Program-made: the position numbers and the translations under genes
The notes under the pieces: model-generated
Told to the model about the DNA's origin: nothing
Seen by the model: only the letters and a program-made list of their open reading frames with translations
The model's database searches: none
Assembly (NCBI GenBank): GCA_002633005.1
Contig: NMRA01000081.1
Coordinates: forward strand, 375,625-439,624
Origin: Phoronis australis
Taxonomy: Eukaryota > Animalia > Phoronida
Reading direction: 5' to 3'
DNA: 64,000 bases
Part shown: one piece after another, positions 50,801-64,000 of the stretch
How the letters are laid out: each line of letters starts with the position of its first letter
How positions within the stretch are numbered: position 1 is the first letter of the stretch

Positions 50801-52039
50801 GGTACATGGCTGTGGAAATTGTTTAAAATTACCAGAATTGAAAAGTATCTTCAAGAAAAAGGATTCTGTTCGGTTAAAATTTAACCCGACAAAACTTGCT
50901 TTATCTTCTTGCTTAGCATTTTGTTGTCTTTGACTGATTGATGTCGGTTTGAACGTCATCACGCATCCAAGGATATTTGTCATGTTAAGTTATCCAACTG
51001 TCTCCCATCTTAGCTGCAGTACACAGCACAATAGTAACACTTCATCGGCACTGGATGGACAAATCGAGTAATGCAGCCGAGCAAATCTTGTAATGACAAC
51101 AAAAGAACACAAACTCCAATGCCAGGCTAAAAAAAGTGCTCGACAGACAAACAGCATTGTGTATAAATACACACGGAGATTCGTGTGTCAGTGTGTAATT
51201 TGGCTGGCCCTGTATTGTATGACAGCAGAGTATGTTTAAACAGTAAGAATGCACTAACAGCTATAGTCAAGCCTTTTCATCATGCTATACTGATCTTAAT
51301 TAGTATGGATCAATCAGAGTTACCCGTTGTGAAATGTATTGCAGGGTAGCATGAATTTACAGTAGATAATGCATGATAATCTGGTTCACTGTAGGCCTAC
51401 TTTGCACACGCATACGTTGGACATATATCAGCATAACCACTGCGGCAAACTGGTGCATCAATAACTGAATAACTGGTAATATTTTATTTTTTCACACAAA
51501 CAACTGGGAATTATTTGTTTGTTCTGCACCCAAAGCCCCTTATTTTTACTTTTAAAGTGCCTTCTCCTCCCGTTCGGACTTACGCATCACGGCTCGTCAT
51601 AGAGCTGTAGCATTGGCAGCGCCCACAAGGCACAACGTCGGCCGTTTTGCTACCCACCGCACCCATGTCTGCGGGGCAACGACAGTTTCGTGCAAGTTTC
51701 AGCTACTGAGATTTGATCACTTTTGGTCACCTAATATAGCGATAATATCATGGCCAAGATATCAAAACTGACACAGGCACCGAGTAATAAAACACCGTAG
51801 TAGGTCTAGGACTAGGTTGATACTCCCTACCTACGTAAGCGTGATGATCGCACCATAGTCTTAGACGAGTATCTATGATCGCACTTGGTGATCGAAAAGT
51901 CGGGGCGAACGGCTTTGCAAGACGTCACAATAAAACATTTGAAACGAAAACCTGTCACATGCTAATATCTTGTTACTCCACGAAGCTGCTAGTGTCATGG
52001 AACGTTAAGCTCACATTTCGAAATCGACTAAATACTAAC

Positions 52040-52200
52040 CTATGGCTACGCACACCGCCTTCTGAATCGATGTGACCTCAATTATTGAGCTCATGTCAAT
52101 ATAACAAAGGGGATTCTATTGGTTGCTTTGCGTACGTCATCCGCCGCATTTCAATCCATTGGTGTAAAGTTGGATTACGTCAACAGCAGCTCACTGAGTC
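52040..52200 (-). promoter_or_regulatory. Candidate promoter and non-coding first exon of the NCF1-like gene
   Basis: CpG-richer patch with two ATTGG (CCAAT) boxes, two TACGTCA CRE-like sites and a minus-strand donor tag|gttagt at 52040; an acceptor at 45799 upstream of the ATG implies a 5' UTR exon. Confidence 0.4.
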
Positions 52201-52589
52201 CCGGCAAAGAGAAAACAGATGAGGCACTAATTTGATAAAAAGCCTTGTAACTTCCAATCATCAGATTAGTCAAAATTTGTGCTAAAGCCTTTAATTTTGA
52301 CATTTTTGCGTTGCCGTTTGGTGGCCCAAGTACGCCACGTATATTTTCTCCTGGTGATAACATGAGTTCTGATTTACGTGCTCTGATCAAGTATGGCGAA
52401 GAGGCAAGTCATTCATAATTGAATGATTTTTTTAAAAAAATCATTCAATAGTTAAAACTATTATGAGCTTATCTTATGAGAAATTGATGATGATTCAGTG
52501 AACGTCAGGCGGTCTGGTACGTTATAACAGAGGTGCTCATGTGGTTCAGGTGGGCCGTCAACACCGATAACATGCACCTATTTTTATAA

Positions 52590-52740
52590 AACCGGCGGCG
52601 AGCCTGGGACTGAGAGTTAGAGACGTGACTCAAGAGCCGGGTCTAGATGTGTGCCCAAATGGGACCATAGATACTCGTCTATGGTGGGACTCGAACCCTC
52701 GACCTTAAGGCAGCGGACACTTATCCCAATGGTTGCTAGT
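52590..52740 (-). mobile_element. tRNA-derived SINE-like fragment
   Basis: B-box GGTTCGAGTCCC on the minus strand followed by a cccggctcttgagtca...ctcag core; no complete cloverleaf. Confidence 0.4.
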
Positions 52741-53327
52741 TTGGAAATAACCTCTAAGAAATAGTCGGTGAAATTTAACGTACACGTATGATGAAATTCG
52801 GACAGCTCGATCACCACTTCCTCCTTCCCACTATGGGGGCCAGCGAATAAAATCTTATGTAGCTATTTTGAACAAGGCATCATTTGAAACAACACTTTAC
52901 GAGTGCCACGGTAGCACTGAGGTGACGGCGACGAAATCCTTTTTCAACGGTCCCCTTCAAAGTCTTCAACTTTCGTCCTCGAACTGGACCCTAATAACGT
53001 GAATCTGGCATCTTAGACCTCATGTCCACTTTTTGAAATTGACGGAACTGTCAATCGAAATTTCCGATACGGCGTTTCGATGCATTGTGCTGGCCGTTTC
53101 TCCTTGTATTTCCTCGGATTTCGCATCCCGAGGTACAGTAACGGGCCATTTTTGTTACGACCATTGTACCTCCACTGCGTTGTTATGACACCCTTAGAAA
53201 GGGAAATTTATAAGGGTTAAAATCAAGAGACCCTCAACGCGTAACTGCGTCAGATGCAAACGATGGGTGGGTATCACAGTTTCTGGTCACAGTGGCTGCT
53301 CAGTCCCTTTGTGCTTGCTTCACATTA

Positions 53328-53498
53328 CATAGGCGGCGCAGCACTGAAAAAGTGGGGGCTATAGCGACCAGCCCCCCCCCCCCACCCCACCCTGTGGTGC
53401 ACATAGCCATGGGCGGCGCAGCACTGAAAAAGCGGGGGCCGGGCTTTAGCCCTCCCCCAGCCCCCTATATGGTCCGCCGTCCATCCACCTATACCATG
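53328..53498. repeat. GC-rich short element with an internally duplicated unit (ggcggcgcagcactgaaaaag); inverted relative at ~364-503
   Basis: Reverse-complement similarity to ccccactttttcagtgctacgccg and ctgcgccgcccatg near the window start. Confidence 0.65.
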
Positions 53499-54189
53499 GG
53501 AAGAAAAACGTCCACATTGGTTCTAAAATGATATACGCCAGAAGAGTTTTCTCAAGTTTTTCTGTTGGTCTTGCCTGGTGGTAGTACTGTGAGGTAAAAT
53601 TGGTAAAAATCAGGGAAAAGCAAGAAAAATTATCGGACCCGCAGCTTAAAATGGAGAAAGACTGCGAAATATATAAAAGAGAGATCAATGAAATTGAAAA
53701 ACGCCGGGAAGCATAAAAAATTCAAATTTGTAATAACGCAAAATATTTCCATGGAAAACACCATCATAACCATCGACCCGACCAACCAAAATCATGAGAC
53801 AGATTAACAAGGAAGCCATATAATTTTGTTTCGTTTTCTCTTTTTATGTTTTTGTGATTTTTACTATACATTAATCAAGCAATATCATATTGTAATACTG
53901 TAAGTATTGTAAATGGTGTCAACGTTATGTAACTTGGAGTAGTTTAATGGTTTTATACGGTAACAAAACCACTGAAGTGGTGGTTGACGAGTCCATGTTT
54001 CATAATTTGAGTATTTAATAAAGTGGACAAAAGACACACGGAAAACACACAATAGTTACTGTCTCATAACCAAAAAATATCCGACTGCGCTTTCATGTGA
54101 ACCTGAGGGAAAATGCAGTTTTGAATAGAGGTGCATGTTTCTAAAACTTGTATACGATAATAAGCGCAACCGGCCACTGATAGTTCAGG

Positions 54190-54341
54190 ATGTGGCGCTT
54201 TCACTGCCATCTATGGAGACATTTTCTTCATCTCGCGGGAATCTCCGTGGAAATTCCAAACAATATGGTGGTCGATGTCACTGTGTTGGGTCCTCATTAA
54301 CACTATCTTTAGAGATGTTTAAGTATTGACAGAATACTTTG
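54190..54341 (+). promoter_or_regulatory. Candidate promoter and non-coding first exon of CCDC157
   Basis: TCTCGCGGGA (one mismatch to the TCTCGCGAGA promoter motif) at 54231-54240 and a strong donor ttg|gtaagt after 54341; the CCDC157 ATG exon starts at an acceptor. Confidence 0.45.
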
Positions 54342-55309
54342 GTAAGTTAAAAAATGCTTATTCAAAATTTCACTCAAATTTGTCCTGTGCAGCTCCTAAG
54401 AGGTAGGCTAGCTGACTGGTACTTGGATGTAATGGAATTGAAAATTCAAGCCATGTCGTGACTGTGTAGGCAATGTCGGCAATGACCATCGCCAGGCATC
54501 GCCTCTGTTGGCCCGAACCAGAGGCGATGCAGAGGCTATAGGCGCTCTGCTTTTCGGCGAATTATGCCTCGCACCGACTAAACCATCAAAGTCACGTTGT
54601 TATAAATACCTTTGCGCATAGAGGAACACCTGAGGAGGTTGTCGATGTGTTTAATTCTGTTGTAAGCGTCAACATCATTCGTCCTTTATCTTTCTGTGGT
54701 GTCTTGTGATTTGTCAGTTTTATGGTTCCCCGGATGCTTGTTTTATTTAAACTGCTGGCGGGAACCCTGATGGCAGTCTTTCAGCAAGCAATCAGGATGT
54801 CAGGGATGGGCACCTGGATTGGGTTTTACCTGAAGCTTGAATAGCTGTGTTTTAACTGGTGAGTACTTCTAGAGGCCTAGCTAGTGAACCTGCAGTAATA
54901 CAACAATTCCTTCCAACTCGAACAAATACTCCCATTATCAAACTTTTTCTTCGAGCAGTCCCTATTTCAGTTCCCAAAATTGTTGGTCATTGCCTAGACT
55001 GTGTGTAGACTGTAGTATGACTGAGTTAGTGAGTATGACTATGTCCATAGCCTCTGCCATAGGCTGTAGCATAGGCTATAGCCAGTCACAGGCACTCCCT
55101 TGATAACCATGTGAAGAAAATAGTAGTATCAATTATGTACGTTAATGGAGTCTGATTGTAAACAGTAACCCGACTCTATAATAAAGAGAAAGGTACACAA
55201 CTGCTATCCAACGTGGTCACCCACCAGGCACTTCTGGAAATATAGTATATTCAAAGCATGTCAATCTGGGAGTAATTTATGTCACACTTTGTCTGCAACT
55301 GCAAGTTCA

Positions 55310-55715
55310 TTCTGGCTTCGGTAGTTAACGGACTAACGTTAACTGATGCTGTTGTCATCGAAGTAATTGCGGGGTAGCGCTGATGCCTCACATGCATGCT
55401 AAGATTTTTTAGATGTGACAATTTGGGGACATTTACTTAAAACTTATTTCTAATTCAATTGGTGATTATTCGAGCAAAATATAAGCAACTATTAACAATG
55501 ACACTGCCCTTTAATTGTTGACAGTAACAGCGGCCCCTGGCACTGAACTTGACCATTGATACTGCACTACAGTGTCGACGCTCCGCTGTTAAATACACCT
55601 GTTTATTGCGAAGTTAACTGGCAGTGTTAACTTCAATCCATAACCAAAGTTAACTGTTGAAACTTGTCGCAACTCCCCAAAACATCGACCTGTCGACATG
55701 AGTATGAAAGGGCCT
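55310..55715. mobile_element. Second, left-truncated copy of the 43113-43631 MITE
   Basis: Collinear similarity; ends AGTATGAAAGGGCCT. Confidence 0.75.
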
Positions 55716-56643
55716 CATTATAGTACATCATCGAGAGGCTGATTAAAGGTGCCTGTGCTGTGTCACTGCATGTGGTCGGATCGCAACAGCCTATCTACAA
55801 CCCTGTTTACTGACATGTTAGAACCAAGATTATTCAGTACAATAGTTAACATTCGGCATTTTCCGTGGGACGTCATATGTATGTGTATGTGTATAAACTG
55901 GCAACTTGAGAAATATTTTTGGCGCCAAACAGAATTTTAATGAACTGGAAATGTTTTTCAATAGCCTAAAACCATACAGGCGTATGCAGTGAAGATTAAA
56001 TTTCTTTCATTGACTGTGACCATTCACCACTAAATTTACCGCACACGGTATTCAAATGACCAATCATATCAATCTTATCTTAATTTAGATGTCAGTATTA
56101 ATAGTTTGATAGGAGGCCTTCGTTAACACAAACTTTGTTGAAACTTTTTGTTTGAAAGCTTGACACCGCACACCTAAAGAAAGGAGATTGTTTCTATACT
56201 ATGAGCGAATCAGTATCGAGCTTTCAAACAAAAAGTTTAGTGGTGTTTTCAACGAAGTTTGTGTTAAATTAGATATACGTATTATAAATCAAAACACTTC
56301 TGGAAACTCACTCATTGTAATAATTTTGTCAACGTTACGCATCTTCCTGGCCCTTTTTGCAGGGATTGATGACTGACCAATTTTCGTCAAAATTGCACCT
56401 GACAGTGTGTTTTCTACCGAAAATTGGATCAGCCTCTGCCGTTGTTCCTGGTCAGCAACTGCAGGACCCTATACCATGAGTCAGATAACTTAAAATTTAT
56501 ACCATCGTGTCTATTCAAGGAGAAGCTTATAGCGAGTTTCCAGGAGTTTTGATTTATACGTTGTATGTCTGGTACTTTACCAGCATTAATGGTAATATGC
56601 GTCATCTAACTCTTGTCATCTAGGTATACGTGCTAAAACATGA

Positions 56644-62641
<5,998 letters not shown>

Positions 62642-63151
62642 GTATTCAGGAAATAGTGTCACATATTCATGCTAACACTCATGTATTCAGGCATTTTGTC
62701 TGTTAACTTTTTTCTACTTTTTTAAAACTATTTGATGTACTAAATAAATGGTTAAACTTGCCAGACTAAGTGAAACAGCGTGCAAACCTTTGAAATCTAT
62801 GAAAAATATGTTATTTTCAATCAGTGTTTGTAGATAGTTGGTATTCAGATACTTTTTATGAAAAAGATACAGGCCAAAGCAAAAAGAGAAAATAAAATTT
62901 AGGAAAGTAGCAGCATTTTTGTTCTTGAATCTCAATATCGCAAGATATACTATTGATACAGTTGCGTTGCCACATATTTACCTTTCTTGTTTATTATATT
63001 TTACTAAAAAACATTTGTCATATTGCCCAATCAGTGGTAGATCATAAAGTCTACACATTGTCTAATTTCAAAAAATATGTACTTTTATATGTACTTTTAC
63101 ATTTCTGTTGTTATGTAAATATTTGGCTGGCTACACAGACTTGTTGATAAC

Positions 63152-63406
63152 TTTTAGTAATACCCTTAATGATGTTCTCCATTTTAGTAATACCCTTAAT
63201 GATGTTCTCCATTTTAGTAATACCCTTAATGATGTTCTCTATTTTAATACCCTTAATAATGTTCTCCATTTTAGTAATACCCTTAATAATGTTCTCCATT
63301 TTAGTAATACCCTTAATAATGTTCTCCATTTTAGTAATACCCTTAATAATGTTCTCCATTTTAGTAATACCCTTAATAATGTTCTCCATTTTAGTAATAC
63401 CCTTAA
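63152..63406. repeat. 30-bp minisatellite (ttttagtaatacccttaataatgttctcca), about 8 copies
   Basis: Direct inspection; gives the repetitive ORFs FSNTLNNVLH and KGITKMENII. Confidence 0.95.
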
Positions 63407-64000
63407 AGGCTAATGCCACCCGATTTAATTAGTCTTTTTTACCGTCTTAATCGGTCTGGGGCCACATCGGCTCGTACACGGTCGACCTTACCTTGCCGAG
63501 AGGTGTCGCGTTAGCCTGTGAGGAAGGTGAGAAAGTCCGCAGCGACGTCAGTGGTTCGTATGCAGAGTGAATTCCGCCATGGTGTGGTGTGTCGTTCCTG
63601 CCTGTTCGAACTATGAAGCGGCGAGGAAAGCGGGTACATCGTTTTTTCGATTTCCTCGAGAGCCCGAAATGCTTCGGAAGTGGCTCGCGGCAGTGAAAAA
63701 GGACAAGTACGGAGTTCATACCAAGTACGAGGCCGTGAAACACCTCCGTGTCTGTGGCCGACATTTCGTGGACAGTGATTTCACTGACGAATTCCGGCTT
63801 GCCAAACAGCTCATGCCAGGGCAGAAAAAGCAACCGAGGCTGAAGTCAGATACTGTGCCTAGTGTGTTTGCGTTCGGCAGGCAGGAAGCAAAGAAACGTG
63901 GATCAGTTGTTTCCATTATGGTGCAGTTAGCGCACTGACACCATGAGACGGTTTTCGGAACTATCCATGTGCTCCATTGTTTGTGCACGTTCACGGCGCT
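63407..64000 (+). mobile_element. Left end of a probable Kolobok-type DNA transposon carrying THAP
   Basis: Abrupt switch from minisatellite to GC-richer sequence at TTAA|AGGCTAATGCC; TTAA target, 5'-RR terminus and THAP are Kolobok features. The right end is outside the window. Confidence 0.6.
63579..63938 (+). CDS. THAP zinc-finger domain protein, probably the N-terminal exon of a transposase
   Basis: gccATGG start; MVWCVVPAC...FFRFP...W...RVCGRHF...LKSDTVPSVF fits the C2CH THAP signature with the AVP-box equivalent. Confidence 0.85.
   Translation: MVWCVVPACSNYEAARKAGTSFFRFPREPEMLRKWLAAVKKDKYGVHTKYEAVKHLRVCGRHFVDSDFTDEFRLAKQLMPGQKKQPRLKSDTVPSVFAFGRQEAKKRGSVVSIMVQLAH

Noticed and set aside
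52650-52740. Functional tRNA gene
   Set aside because: B-box present but no acceptor stem or complete cloverleaf; SINE-like instead.
63108-63432. 10-aa periodic ORFs, or a CRISPR-like array
   Set aside because: 30-bp tandem repeat with no spacers.
63447-63994. Minus-strand ORFs of 128 and 92 aa
   Set aside because: Antisense shadows of the GC-rich THAP ORF with no recognisable motif.

Overview
Eukaryotic, AT-rich, intron-rich genomic DNA, probably from a marine invertebrate (taxon not determinable from the sequence alone). I assembled three spliced genes by hand from GT-AG sites and reading-frame phases. (1) A minus-strand immunoglobulin-superfamily gene (V-like plus C2-like domains; exons at 2657-2390, 1695-1609, 920-694) that probably continues past the left edge. 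(2) A complete minus-strand 11-exon p47phox/NCF1-like NADPH-oxidase organiser (PX-SH3-SH3-AIR; CDS 45775 to 19534, 748 aa as assembled) with an unusual ~400-aa tail rich in phosphotyrosine-type motifs. (3) The 5' part of CCDC157 on the plus strand, head-to-head with gene 2. A THAP-domain ORF lies in a probable Kolobok-type transposon inserted at a TTAA in a minisatellite within a CCDC157 intron. The remainder is non-autonomous DNA transposons/MITEs (TTAA, TA and CWG target sites), a decayed Academ-like fragment, SINE-like pieces, tandem repeats, a CTCF-motif-rich repeat family and one N gap. Most ORFs in the supplied track are spurious. Homology statements rely on recalled sequences, not database searches.
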